Part shown: positions 1 through 10,907 of the stretch, one piece after another | Layout of the letters: every line of letters starts with the position of its first letter | How positions within the stretch are numbered: position 1 is the stretch's first letter | Assembly (NCBI GenBank): GCA_043228905.1 | Contig: JBHGNT010000021.1 | Span: 12,462,001 to 12,526,000, forward strand | Origin: Azolla caroliniana | Lineage: Eukaryota; Plantae; Polypodiophyta | DNA length: 64,000 nucleotides | Reading direction: 5' to 3' | Made by a program: the position numbers and the translations under genes | Notes under the pieces: model-generated | The model's input: only the letters and a program-made list of their open reading frames with translations | What the model was told of the DNA's origin: nothing | The model's database searches: none

Positions 1-342
1 GCAAGACCTTTTCCGAGGGAGTCATATAATGTGCCTCCAGCGAATACTCCGACTCCGATGTAGATTGACACTACACGTCGTCGAGGGCCATTATCCAAAG
101 AAGAAAAGCAACAACGTCGTACAAATCGACTATGTCTTTACTGCAGTGGACCAAGACATATTGCAATAAATTGCCCCCATAGGCCAAGAAGACAGGTAAA
201 CCAAATAGTCGTTAGTTCTAATTGTACTAAACCCGAGCCTATTTCAGTAGGGATATCTGATAGTCCTAATAGTACTAATAGCCCAGATCTAGCGAACAGA
301 TTTGATGTCCTTAGTCAGTTAGAAGAAGAGTTAAACGACTAA
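1..342 (+). pseudogene. C-terminal part of chromovirus gag (zinc knuckle)
   Basis: Frame 1 reads TNRLCLYCSGPRHIAINCPHRP...EEELND* with stop at 340-342. Confidence 0.8.
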
Positions 343-374
343 GTCCAGCCAAAATAGGAGTTGTTTGGTTGGAC
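330..374 (+). promoter_or_regulatory. Putative -1 programmed ribosomal frameshift signal (gag-pol)
   Basis: Heptamer G-TTA-AAC (330-336), 6-nt spacer, 11-bp stem gtccagccaaa (343-353) / tttggttggac (364-374); pol lies in the -1 frame, open from 315. Confidence 0.75.
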
Positions 375-3300
375 AGCCCTAGATATGTGTGGCCCATTAG
401 TGGTTCCATTCCCTCTAAGCAAGTTAGTGATGTGTTTGTAGCCCAAGTAATAGTTAGTACTAAAAGTACCCCTCTAGTACATGTCCTAGCACTCCTAGAT
501 TCCGGAGCTAACTCTTGCTTTATGGATAAGAAATTTGCTCAAGCTCATAAGATATCCCTAAGAAAACTCCAGTGTCCAGCCTCTGTAGTAGTCATTGATG
601 GACGTCCCATTGCTTCCGGAAATATCATAGAAGAGTCAGAGCCCATTAATATTGTCCTAGATAACTTAGCATGTGTAGTATCATTTAATATTATTAGTAT
701 CCCAGAACATCCCATAGTTTTAGGATTACCGTGGTTCGAGTTACATAACCCAGACATAGATTGGAGAACAAGAGAAATCCGGTGTCGACAAACCCAAGGG
801 TCAACTCAGAAGATGCAACCATTTTGCTACGTCAGTTGCGTAAAGAAGGGCACAAGGAGGAAATGTTCCTCTTTGCAATATCAGTAAACCCCTCCAGCAC
901 CACTAAAGAAGAATCCACTGTTCAACTTCCCGAGAAGTATCGTCATTACACCGATGTGTTCGATAAAGTACAAGCCAACACACTTCCTCATCATCGACTG
1001 TACGATTGTCCCATCGATTTACAACCGGGAAAAGAGCCACCATGGGGACCGATCTACAATTTGTCACCAACCAAGCTGGAAGTCCTTCGGGCCTATATAG
1101 AGGAGAATTTGGAAAATGGTTTCATCCGGCATTCGAAATCTCCAGCGGGCGCGCCCATTTTCTTCGTCAAGAAAAAGGATGGATCGCTTCGTCTCGTTGT
1201 AGATTACCGTGGCCTGAATAAGGTTACAATCAGGAATAGGTATGCTCTTCCCCTTATCTCAAGTCTTTTAGAACGGATCAATGGTGCCAGGTTCTTCACC
1301 AAGATTGACTTACGGGGAGCATATAACCTCATACGGATCCGACCAGGAGACGAATGGAAGACCGTGTTTCGCACCAGATATGGGCACTTCGAGTATACGG
1401 TCATGCCGTTCAGCCTCACTAATGCACCGGCAGTCTTCCAGCACATGGCTAATGATATATTCCGAGATCTTTTGGATGATTGTTTGATCATCTATTTGGA
1501 TGATCTACTGGTTTATTCAAAGACCCAAAAAGAACATGATTCTCATGTACTATTAGTACTAAAACGACTTCGAGAACATGGTCTGTATGCAAAGCTGGAA
1601 AAATGTAGTTTCGGATGCAACCAAGTGGAATTTCTCGGCTACATCATTTCGTCAGAAGGCATCTCCATGGACCCAGCAAAGGTCAAAACAGTGGTAGAAT
1701 GGCAGACTCCGCGTTCGGTGCGGGATGTGCAATGCTTCCTAGGCTTTGCCAATTTTTACCGGAAGTTCATACAAGATTACTCAAAGATCATTCTACCTCT
1801 CACACAACTTACCAGGAAGGGACAACCATTCATCTGGTCTGAAGAAACGGATGTGGCTTTCGAGAGTCTTAAAAAGGCATCTCCAATTCTAGCTCATGTC
1901 GATCCGGAAAAACCATTCATTATCGAAGCTGACGCATCGGATTTTGCATTGGGGAGCATTCTGTCACAACAGGGGAATGATGAGAAGCTACATCCTGTGG
2001 CTTTTCACTCACGCAAGTTTGACGCCGCCGAAATCAACTACGAAATTCATGATAAGGAGCTATTGGCAATAGTGGATTCTTTTATGCAATGGAGGCATTT
2101 TCTGGAGGGATCCTCTCATCCGATCACCGTATTTAGTGACCACAAGAACCTTGCCTACTTTCAGGATGCTCGTGTGTTGAATCAACGTCAAGCTCGGTGG
2201 GCCCACTTCCTCACGCATTTCGACTTCAAAATTACATATCGTCCGGCGAAGCACCAAGGGAAGGCAGATGCATTATCACGGCGTTCGTATCTAGCACCCC
2301 GTCCCGGCGAGCCAGCTTTCGATAACCAAAAACAAGTCATCTTGGGACCGGCACAACTACAAGCAACATAGATCTTTGACATGCCCATGGATTCCCGCGT
2401 TATCGATACCATACGCGAAGACTTGAAGACAGATGCATTCGCCCAAGCTATACTAGCACAAATTGATCCCTCTCGAGCGTCGTGTTCACAGTCAACCACC
2501 AGGTATGGACTATCGGCAATTCAAATACCATGATTGATTACTCTTCTTTAAAGAACTTTTGTATGTTCCTAATGGTTCTTGCCGCCTTCAAGTAGTACAA
2601 AACTGTCATGACACATATACAGCTGGGCATTTTGGTAGTACTAAAACACTACATTTAGTACAACGATCATTCTGGTGGCCCTATATGCGACAATTTGTCG
2701 AGGATTTTGTTCGGACTTGTGATACATGCTATAGAGCGAAAATGCCAAGGCATCATCCATATGGTTTATTAGAACCATTACCAATTCCAAGCAAGCTGTG
2801 GCAGTCCATTACTCTAGACTTCATCACAGATCTTCCAATTTCTAAGGGGTTCAATGCGATTCTAACGGTGGTCAATCGATATACGAAGATGGCTCATTTC
2901 TTGCCATGTACTAAGGAGATCTCCAGTGAAGACACTGCCGAAATTGTCATGCGTGAAGTATGTCGGCATCATGGACTTCCCGATAGTATCATCAGCGACC
3001 GTGGACCCCAGTTCGTGTCAAAATTCTGGAAGCACCTTTTTAACATGCGCAAGGTCAGTTGTAACCTCTCCTCTGGCTACCACCCACAAACCGACGGCCA
3101 AGCCGAACGAACCAATCAAACGTTGGAGCAGTATCTACGGTGCTTTCTCAGCTATCATCAGGATGACTAGGTAGATATTCTCCACTTCGCCGAATTTGCC
3201 TATAACAACTCTATCCACGCATCCACGAAAGTTACGCCATTTTATGCTTATACGGGATGTCACCCCCGGTGGTGTGTACTTGAAACCCCAGAGGTGTCCA

Positions 3301-3893
3301 CAAATCCTTGCGCAGAGGATCGTTTGGAGAGGTTACGCAAGATACGAGCGGATTTGTCTACTCATCTCCAACAAGCTCAACAAACACACAAGGTTTATGC
3401 GGATCGTCATCGACTCCCATCTAGTTTTAACATTGGAGATCGGGTATGGCTACTCCGACGACACATCAAGACTACTCGCCCATGCGAAAAGTTGGATTAT
3501 CGGCGATTAGGTCCTTTCCGTATTATAGGAAAGATTAATGATGTCGCTTTTCTTCTTGATCTACCTCCACAACTTCGGATACATCCGGTGTTTCATAGTT
3601 CTCTCCTCGAACCCTATCAAGAGAGCACCATCCCAAGCCGTATTACATAGCCTCCACCCCCAATCGAGCTTGAAGATGGACCTGAGTACGAGGTTGCCGC
3701 CATCCTTGATTCCAAGCTTGTTCGCAACAAGCTCTACTATCTAGTCTATTGGCTAGGATATAGTCCCAACGAGCATACTTGGGAGCTGATAGAGAATGTC
3801 ACCAATGCTCGTGCTCTTCTTGAAGACTTCCATCGTCAATATCCAGACAAACCGGGTCCTCAATCCAAAATGACTCGTTACACTCGTCGTTTT
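330..3893 (+). pseudogene. Chromovirus pol (PR-RT-RH-IN-chromodomain) with frameshifts and in-frame stops
   Basis: ORF pieces 369-887, 761-2371, 2559-3170, 3294-3650, plus chromodomain at about 3680-3850. Confidence 0.9.
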
Positions 3894-3906
3894 AAAGGGG
3901 GGATAG
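3894..3906 (+). other. Polypurine tract of chromovirus
   Basis: Purine run (aaa, G-run, atag) immediately before LTR start TGTCA at 3907. Confidence 0.85.
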
Positions 3907-3994
3907 TGTCATGATATGGCAAAACTCGAACCCATGACCTTATGCTACATGGGTCGAGCTCTTGACCATTAGATTATACATTGTAATACATAGA
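3907..3994 (+). repeat. Chromovirus 3' LTR, first part
   Basis: Homologous to 10908-10995; continues at 9315 after the copia insertion. Confidence 0.9.
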
Positions 3995-4596
3995 TGATGG
4001 AAATAATCGTCACTTTCCAAACTTCACCTCTCGGCCACAACCAAGGAAACACACGAATCGTTGTTGCAGAAAATGGGAAATGCGAAAAATAGAGTGGACA
4101 CACGATTTATCGTGGAAAACCCTGTACGGGAAAAACCACGGGAGTACAAGACTCCGAACCAAAACTATGCACAGAGAAATATACAATGGCGAGCTGCAAG
4201 GCGACGACCTTGAGCTCGTTGTCCTCGCCACAGGCGGCGGAATTACACAGAGGCGTCGACCTCTTCCTCTCTCACGCTCTATCTCTCTCACGGCTGCTCT
4301 CTCTTCACTCCTCTTGAGTGGGAAAAACAGAAAAATGAGTAGCAACATTAAAACTGTTTGCCCTAAGTCATATTTATACACACATGACTTTGGGGCTATT
4401 TACAACTATAGCCTCAAGGGCCCTTGGCAAACATATTCACAGATATGTCCCAGCATCCGGATCTCTCTCCGGGTACATTCGTCATCCGGCTCCGAAGCCA
4501 GGGTCTTCATCATCCGGTTCCGAAACCGCAACCAGGCTTGTCGGCATTCATCTCCGACATCCGATCATCCCATCCGGAGGGACCGTAATCCCAACA
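3995..4596 (-). repeat. Copia 3' LTR
   Basis: Differs from 8708-9309 at 6 positions by eye. Confidence 0.96.
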
Positions 4597-4610
4597 AACT
4601 CCCCCTTCAC
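4597..4610 (-). other. Copia PPT
   Basis: Minus strand gtgaagggggagtt abutting the LTR and overlapping the pol stop. Confidence 0.9.
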
Positions 4611-7600
4611 TTCGGCATGGGATGTCTCTCCAATCCGATCCTCTTCCGGCATGCTTCCAGCTTGTCGGGTGTGAGCACCTTGGTCAGCATATCCGACCCG
4701 TTCTCGTCCGTGTGGATCTTCATCAGCACGAACTCCTTGTCTTCTATCCTTTCCCGGATCCAGTGATATCTTCGCTGGATGTGCTTCGTCCGGGAGTGAT
4801 AGGCCGCGTTCTTCGCAAGGTGGATTGCACTCTGACTGTCGCAGTAGAGTCGGTACTCCTCCTGCCGGATACCGAGCTCTCTAATGAAGTTCTTCATCCA
4901 TATTATTTCCTTGCCGGCTTCAATAGCCGCCATGTACTCCGCCTCCGTGGTTGACAACGCAACCGTCTTCTGCAGCCTCGACTGCCATGAAACAGCTCCC
5001 CCTGCATACGTCATCACATACCCTGATGTGGACCGGCTAGTATCTGCATCAGCCGACATATCCGAATCGGTGAAGCCGTCGAGTTCGGGCTTACCGGAGC
5101 CGAATCGGAGGCACACGTTTGCCGTGCCCTTCAGGTATCGGAGTATCCACTTGGCCGCGTTCCAATGCTCTTTGTCGGGATTGCTCATGTACCGGCTCAC
5201 CACTCCGACTGCATATCCTATGTCCGGTCGGGTACACACCATTGCGTACATCAAGCTCCCGACGGCAGAGGCATATGGTACTTTCATCATGTCCTCCTTC
5301 TCAGCCTTTGTCTTGGGCCTCTGCTTGCTGGACAGCTTGCAGTTTGCCGGGAGTGTTGACCCGACCGGTCTTGCTTCCGACATGTTGAACCGGTGAAGCA
5401 CCTTGGTCACGTACTTCTCCTGTGACAGCCACAACTGCTTCTTCTTCCGGTCCCGGATGATGTGCATCCCTAGTATTTGCCTCGCCGGACCCAGGTCCTT
5501 CATTGAGAAGGTTCGGTGAAGAGCCTTCTTCAGCATCCGTATCTTGACCTGGTCTCGTCCGACGATCAACATGTCGTCCACGTACAGGAGTATTAGAAAG
5601 TCTCCTCCTTCGAACTTCTTCACAAACACGCAGTGGTCGGACTGCGTTTTGAGGTACCCTTCGTCGGTCATGAAAGAGTCGAACTTCAGGTACCATTGCC
5701 GGGGAGCCTGCTTCAGTCCGTAAAGGCTCTTCTTCAACCGGCATACCAGGTGCTCCTTCCCTTTCTTCTCGAATCCTTCCGGTTGCTGCATGTAGATCTC
5801 TTCTTCGAGGTCGCCGTGAAGGAATGCCGTCTTCACGTCCATCTGTTCTACCTCGAGGTCCATGCTTGCCGCTATGCTCAACACCGTCCGGATGGAGGTC
5901 ATCTTCACTACCGGGGCAAATATCTCGTCGAAGTCGACGCCCTTCTTCTGCTGAAACCCCTTCACCACGATCCTGGCTTTGTATCTCGGGGGGTTTCCGG
6001 CATCTCCCGGTTTCAGCTTGAACACCCACTTGTTTCGAAGTGCCCGCTTTCCTTTCGGCAACTTCACAAGTTCATATGTGTGGTTCTCATGCAGGGAATC
6101 CATCTCGTCCTGCATGGCACTCAACCACCTGCGGCTCTGGGTGTCATGCTTTGCTTCTTCAAAGCTCTCCGGCTCCCCCTCGTCGGTTAGCAGCACGTGC
6201 TCTGGTTCCGGAAATCTCCGGGGGGCCCTTCTCTCTCTTAGAGGATATCTCCGTTCCGGAGCTTCGGTAACCGGTTCTTCCGATTCTTCTTCATCCGAAT
6301 CCATTTCGGGATCGGGGCCGGTTCCGGTATCATTTTCATCTTCCTCGGCCGGTTCTGTTTCTTCATTGTCTTCGGCCGGATCCTCGAGTGCTAACCGGTC
6401 CCTTGCCGGTCGGGACTGCTCCTCGTAGAGTTGATTCTCACCGGTCGACTTGGAGCTCTTCATCTTCTTCTCAGACTCCCAGTCGGCGAGTGTCTTGTCC
6501 TCCATGAAGATGATGTCTCGACTCCTGAATATCTTCTTGTCGACCGGGTCCCATACTCGGTAGCCGAACTCGTCGTCGCCGTAACCGAGGAATATGCATG
6601 GCCGGGTCTTTGGATCTAGCTTTCCTCTCCGGTCCTTTGCCACATGCACGTATGCGAGACACCCGAACACCTTCAGATGCCGGTAGGACACTTCCCTGCC
6701 GGTCCACACTCTCTGCGGCGTGTCTCCGTCCAAAGGTACTGAGGGTGATCTGTTTATCACGTATGTCGCTGTCGACATTGCCTCAGCCCAAAACCCCTTG
6801 GGTAATTTCGCATGCGCCAGCATACTCCGGACCCTCTCCATTATGGTCCGGTTCATCCTCTCGGCCAGCCCGTTCAGTTCCGGCGTCTTCGGCACAGTAA
6901 ACTCGAGCCGGATTCCTTTCGAGCGACAGTACTCCGCGAACTGCCCCCGGTATTCCCCTCCGTTATCCGCTCGTATCGCTTTCAGCTTCTTGCCGGATTC
7001 TCTTTCCACTCTCGCGTGGAGTTCTTTGAAGACGGACAACACTTGGTCCTTTGTCTTCAACGGTGCCGACCACAACTTCCGGCTGTGATCATCAATGAAT
7101 GTCACGAAGTATTGGGCTCCGCCATGTGACTTCGTTTCTACCTGACACACATCAGTGTGTACCAACTCCAATGGTACACTACGTCTCGTCGGTGGCCTTG
7201 AGTGGAAGGAGGTTCGGTTCTGCTTACCGGCCAGGCAATCGGTGCACTTCTCCAGGTGCACATGTTTCACTGGAATAAGGTTGTCTTCTGCAAGCCTCTT
7301 CATCCCCTTCTCACTCATGTGGCACAGTCTTTTGTGCCACAGCTCACCGGCAGTGTCGGCTGCCACATTCAGCTCTTCCGGACATAACCGGACATTGATC
7401 AGGTACAGTGTGTTGACTTTCCGGGCCCGAGCCACTATCAGGCTCCCCTTGCTGAACTTCATTACGCCGTTCCGGATGCTACCTGTGTAGCCTTCATCGT
7501 CTAGCCTCCCGGCCGAAATCAGGTTCAATCGGACCTCCGGAACGTGTCGGACATCCTTCAGCAGCATTTTGCATCCGGTCGAGGTTGTCAACCACACGTC

Positions 7601-8677
7601 TCCTATGCCGGCAATCCGGCACGTACCTTCATTTCCCATCCGAACACAGCCATGTTCACCGGCTGTGTAGGATGAGAAGTATCTTCTTTCCGGGGTCAGG
7701 TGGAACGACGCTCCGGAATCGACCACCCAGGTCGTCTCATTGCCGGCAATGTTTAGTTCACCTTCTTCGGTGATGAGCATGATTTCTTCCTCACTTGCCC
7801 CGAGTGCCGTCATTCCTTTCCTGTCCTGCCCTCGCCGATCCGGACCTCTCCGGTCCGTGGCTCCCCGGTATGCACCGTTTCTCTCCGGTGACTTCTTCGA
7901 ATCGGAGTCGTCGGCTCCGTTGTCCTTTCGGTAATGCCGACAATTCTTCCGGAAGTGCCCCGGCTTCCCACAGTGGAAGCATGTGGGTCTTCCTCTTGAC
8001 TGCGACCGGGTCCCCGACTTCTCCCGTCTTTGCGGACTCCGGTTCCATTGTCTTCCCCGTTCCGATTCGGTAAGCAGCGCCTTCGAGTCGGAGGCCGGTT
8101 CTTTATCTCTCCGACGCGCTTCTTCGTTCAAAATACTTGTCTTTACCGTTTGTAGGGACAAGTTATCTTCGGTGCAGGAGGTGCTGAGAGTCACCACCAG
8201 GTTCTCCCAGCTTTCCGGCAATGTACACATCAGGATGATGGCTTGCATTGCATCCTCCAACGGGAACTTGATCACGGCAAGCTGGTTCACGAATCCCATG
8301 AACGTGCTTACGTGTTCCACCATACTCTCGCCGTCCCGGTACTTGAGGTTCACTATCTTCCTCATCAGGGAGGTCCGGTTCAACGCATTCTTCCTCTCGT
8401 AGAGGCCCGACAGCTTCCGCCACATCTCATATGCGTTGATGTCGTTCGCCACATGTTGTAGAACGCTCACGTCGACGTATTGCCGAATGGTTGCAACGGC
8501 TTTCCGGTTCAGAAGCCTCCATTCCGACTCAAGTACCCCCTTCGGTATTTCCGACCTGTCAATCGGTTCGTACAGGTCCCGAACAATCAGAAGATCCTCC
8601 ATCTTGATCTTCCAGTCGGCGTAATTCTGCGCATTCAGCACCATCATCCCCGGCTGCCCGCTGCCGCCGCCTTCCAT
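4607..8677 (-). CDS. Copia Gag-Pol polyprotein (UBN2-type gag, CCHC, PR DSGAS, IN, RT YVDD, RNase H)
   Basis: Uninterrupted 1356-aa ORF with CFHCGKPGHFRKNC, WVVDSGASFH, WHKRLCH, YVDDMLIV, TKHI motifs. Confidence 0.97.
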   Translation of the reverse strand: MEGGGSGQPGMMVLNAQNYADWKIKMEDLLIVRDLYEPIDRSEIPKGVLESEWRLLNRKAVATIRQYVDVSVLQHVANDINAYEMWRKLSGLYERKNALNRTSLMRKIVNLKYRDGESMVEHVSTFMGFVNQLAVIKFPLEDAMQAIILMCTLPESWENLVVTLSTSCTEDNLSLQTVKTSILNEEARRRDKEPASDSKALLTESERGRQWNRSPQRREKSGTRSQSRGRPTCFHCGKPGHFRKNCRHYRKDNGADDSDSKKSPERNGAYRGATDRRGPDRRGQDRKGMTALGASEEEIMLITEEGELNIAGNETTWVVDSGASFHLTPERRYFSSYTAGEHGCVRMGNEGTCRIAGIGDVWLTTSTGCKMLLKDVRHVPEVRLNLISAGRLDDEGYTGSIRNGVMKFSKGSLIVARARKVNTLYLINVRLCPEELNVAADTAGELWHKRLCHMSEKGMKRLAEDNLIPVKHVHLEKCTDCLAGKQNRTSFHSRPPTRRSVPLELVHTDVCQVETKSHGGAQYFVTFIDDHSRKLWSAPLKTKDQVLSVFKELHARVERESGKKLKAIRADNGGEYRGQFAEYCRSKGIRLEFTVPKTPELNGLAERMNRTIMERVRSMLAHAKLPKGFWAEAMSTATYVINRSPSVPLDGDTPQRVWTGREVSYRHLKVFGCLAYVHVAKDRRGKLDPKTRPCIFLGYGDDEFGYRVWDPVDKKIFRSRDIIFMEDKTLADWESEKKMKSSKSTGENQLYEEQSRPARDRLALEDPAEDNEETEPAEEDENDTGTGPDPEMDSDEEESEEPVTEAPERRYPLRERRAPRRFPEPEHVLLTDEGEPESFEEAKHDTQSRRWLSAMQDEMDSLHENHTYELVKLPKGKRALRNKWVFKLKPGDAGNPPRYKARIVVKGFQQKKGVDFDEIFAPVVKMTSIRTVLSIAASMDLEVEQMDVKTAFLHGDLEEEIYMQQPEGFEKKGKEHLVCRLKKSLYGLKQAPRQWYLKFDSFMTDEGYLKTQSDHCVFVKKFEGGDFLILLYVDDMLIVGRDQVKIRMLKKALHRTFSMKDLGPARQILGMHIIRDRKKKQLWLSQEKYVTKVLHRFNMSEARPVGSTLPANCKLSSKQRPKTKAEKEDMMKVPYASAVGSLMYAMVCTRPDIGYAVGVVSRYMSNPDKEHWNAAKWILRYLKGTANVCLRFGSGKPELDGFTDSDMSADADTSRSTSGYVMTYAGGAVSWQSRLQKTVALSTTEAEYMAAIEAGKEIIWMKNFIRELGIRQEEYRLYCDSQSAIHLAKNAAYHSRTKHIQRRYHWIRERIEDKEFVLMKIHTDENGSDMLTKVLTPDKLEACRKRIGLERHPMPK

Positions 8678-8690
8678 TTTCTGCAGCAGC

Positions 8691-8704
8691 TCGCTCTGAT
8701 ACCA
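8691..8704 (-). other. Primer binding site, tRNA-iMet
   Basis: Minus strand TGGTATCAGAGCGA 3 nt after the 5' LTR. Confidence 0.93.
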
Positions 8705-8707
8705 AAT

Positions 8708-9309
8708 TGATGGAAATAATCGTCACTTTCCAAACTTCACCTCTCGGCCACAACCAAGGAAACACACGAATCGTTGTTGCAGAAAATGGGAAATGCGAAA
8801 AATAGAGTGGACACACGATTTATCGTGGAAAACCCTGTACGGGAAAAACCACGGGAGTACAAGACTCCGAACCAAAACTATGCACAGAGAAATATACAAT
8901 GGCGAGCTGCAAGGCGACGACCTTGAGCTCGCTGTCCTCGCCACAGGCGGCGGAATTACACAGAGGCGTTGACCTCTTCCTCTCTCACGCTCTATCTCTC
9001 TCACGGCTGCTCTCTCTTCACTCCTCTTGAGTGGGAAAAACAGAAAAATGAGTAGCAACATTAAAACTGTTTGCCCTAAGTCATATTTATACACACATGA
9101 CTTTGGGGCTATTTACAACTATAGCCTCAAGGGCCCTTGGCAAACATATTCACAGATATGTCCCAGCATCTGGATCTCTCTCCGGGTACATTCGTCATCC
9201 GGCTCCAAAGCCGGGGTCTTCATCATCCGGTTCCGAAACCGCAACCGGGCTTGTCGGCATTCATCTCCGACATCCGATCATCCCATCCGGAGGGACCGTA
9301 ATCCCAACA
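8708..9309 (-). repeat. Copia 5' LTR
   Basis: Near-identical to 3995-4596. Confidence 0.96.
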
Positions 9310-9314
9310 ATAGA

Positions 9315-9660
9315 ATATTATTTTCATTTATGTTTTATTATAGAAAATTGATGTATATTCCAGATTTCTCTGGAACATTCTAGAAACTTCAGGAGTATTC
9401 CTTAGAACACTATAAAAGGAGGCACAAGGCATTATTTCGAACCAAATCGATTCAACGCCAGTCTTAAGCCTCCTAGTTACTGTACATTTTCTTCACATAA
9501 TATATATCTTTTCTTATCATCACTCTCTCTCTCTCTCTCTCGATCTCTCTCTCCCTCCCTCTCACTCACTCTTTCCTTCTCTCGAGAGTTCTTCACCTCT
9601 CTTAGTACTAATACTTCTTTTAGTACTAAGTCCTTCTCTGTCTTAGTACTGTTCCTGACA
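9315..9660 (+). repeat. Chromovirus 3' LTR, second part
   Basis: Homologous to 10996-11345; TATAAAA and (CT)n; ends ...gttcctgaca. Confidence 0.9.
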
Positions 9661-10112
9661 GTTCCAGCATCTCACGAAATCGTTCTTCTTCTTTTTGTGA
9701 GAGGAAACCACCTCCACCGATCCGAAGTTTCTTTCGGGTCTCATCCGAGAAGGCATGTCCGATATCCACGGACTTCCGAAGTGTCGGATCCCCCGAGACT
9801 TCTTTCCTCTTTTGTTCGCTATCTGCGGGTAACGATCCCGCGACCGGTTTCACTTTCTTCTCCATGGTCTTGTATTTCGTACTTACCATTGCTTCTTCTT
9901 TGCGGAGCACATCTGGCCCCATTTTAACAATGATCTCGTACATCTCGACCGACTCCACCAGAATTACTCGGTTTCCCTGGCTTGTGTCTTCTGCGAGCTC
10001 TTCAAGCCGTTGTAGTGTGCTCCCATAGAACACTTCTTCGACTATTCCCACGATTTCTTCGTCTTCTTTTATTATTGATGCCGACCATAACTTATCCTCC
10101 ACTTTTCGGTAT
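9661..10112 (-). pseudogene. Fragment of a non-chromoviral gypsy pol (PR-RT linker)
   Basis: KYKTMEKKVKPVAGSLP...GFLSQKEEERFREML resembles the pre-RT region of gypsy elements of fungi and non-seed plants; cut by the chromovirus LTR. Confidence 0.55.
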
Positions 10113-10907
10113 TCTTCTGGCTTTATGTTTTCTCTTGGGAGCGCGGCTATTGCGTGGAGCAACAAAAAGCAGCCAACACTGGCTCTATCCAGCACTGAGG
10201 CTGAATACCGGGGCGTGATTGTTGCAACCTGCGAAGCCATTTGGCTTCAGCGACTACTGCAAGACCTGCGGATCGAGGTACCGACCCCGATTCTGATCTA
10301 CTGCGATAACCTCAACAGCATGCAGCTCGCCAAGAACCCTGTGTTCCATGCTCGCACAAAGCACATAGAAGTGTATTACCACTTCGTGCGTGAGCGGGTC
10401 CTGAGCGGTGAAGTTGAACTACGGTATGTTCACACGGATCGGCAAGTTGCCGACATCTTCACCAAGCCGCTCGGGTCGGACAAGTTGCAGCACTTTACCG
10501 AAATGCTTGGTGTTCAGCACCTCGACGTGCCGCACTTGAGGGGGAGACGCAAGGGCAAAGACACTACCGAAACGGGCAAAGGCAAAAACATTGTTGAACC
10601 CGTAGGTAAGAGAAGAACCGGTAGAGGTGGAGACAAGAAGAAAAATGAAGCTGAGTCGACGAAGGAAGTCGGCACATCCGAACAGGTCGGAATGAGCGGC
10701 TGTGAAGAAGAAGTGTACACTCAGGAAGAGAAGTGCATGCTATGCGAAGGTCATCACGATCGTAATGGCCATGATGCGGAGTCGAATGAAGAATTCGACT
10801 TTGGTGAACTGGCTGAAGAAGCCAAGGGAAGCACGGAGAAGGCCAAGACCCGGACGTGGTCCGATGTGCTGAGAGGCCTACAACCGAAAATCGAATCGGA
10901 GGATACC

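Larger units (their letters stand above)
3995..9309 (-). mobile_element. Full-length, intact Ty1/copia LTR retrotransposon (Tnt1/Tork-like), 5315 bp
   Basis: Two 602-bp LTRs (TG...CA), 5-bp TSD ATAGA (3990-3994 / 9310-9314), tRNA-iMet PBS, PPT, single 1356-aa ORF. Confidence 0.97.
1..9660 (+). mobile_element. Ty3/gypsy chromovirus (Tcn1-like), 5' part outside window, degenerate, 3' LTR interrupted by a copia element
   Basis: Gag CCHC knuckle (CLYCSGPRHIAINC), protease LLDSGA, RT YLDD, RNase H ADASD, integrase HHCC/DDE and C-terminal chromodomain (EYEVAAILDSK..YLVYWLGY..HTWE) in gypsy order; PPT; LTR bounded TGTCA...TGACA. Confidence 0.93.

Noticed and set aside
3907-3983. Functional tRNA gene call for the tRNA-like heads
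   Set aside because: Acceptor and anticodon stems do not pair; only the box motifs and spacing remain
4010-4766. ORFs of 96-228 aa within the copia LTRs (also 8723-9383)
   Set aside because: They lie in LTR sequence, have no domain motifs, and are duplicated only because the LTRs are
4622-8710. Numerous overlapping and antisense ORFs across the copia polyprotein
   Set aside because: Expected shadow ORFs of a GC-rich coding region
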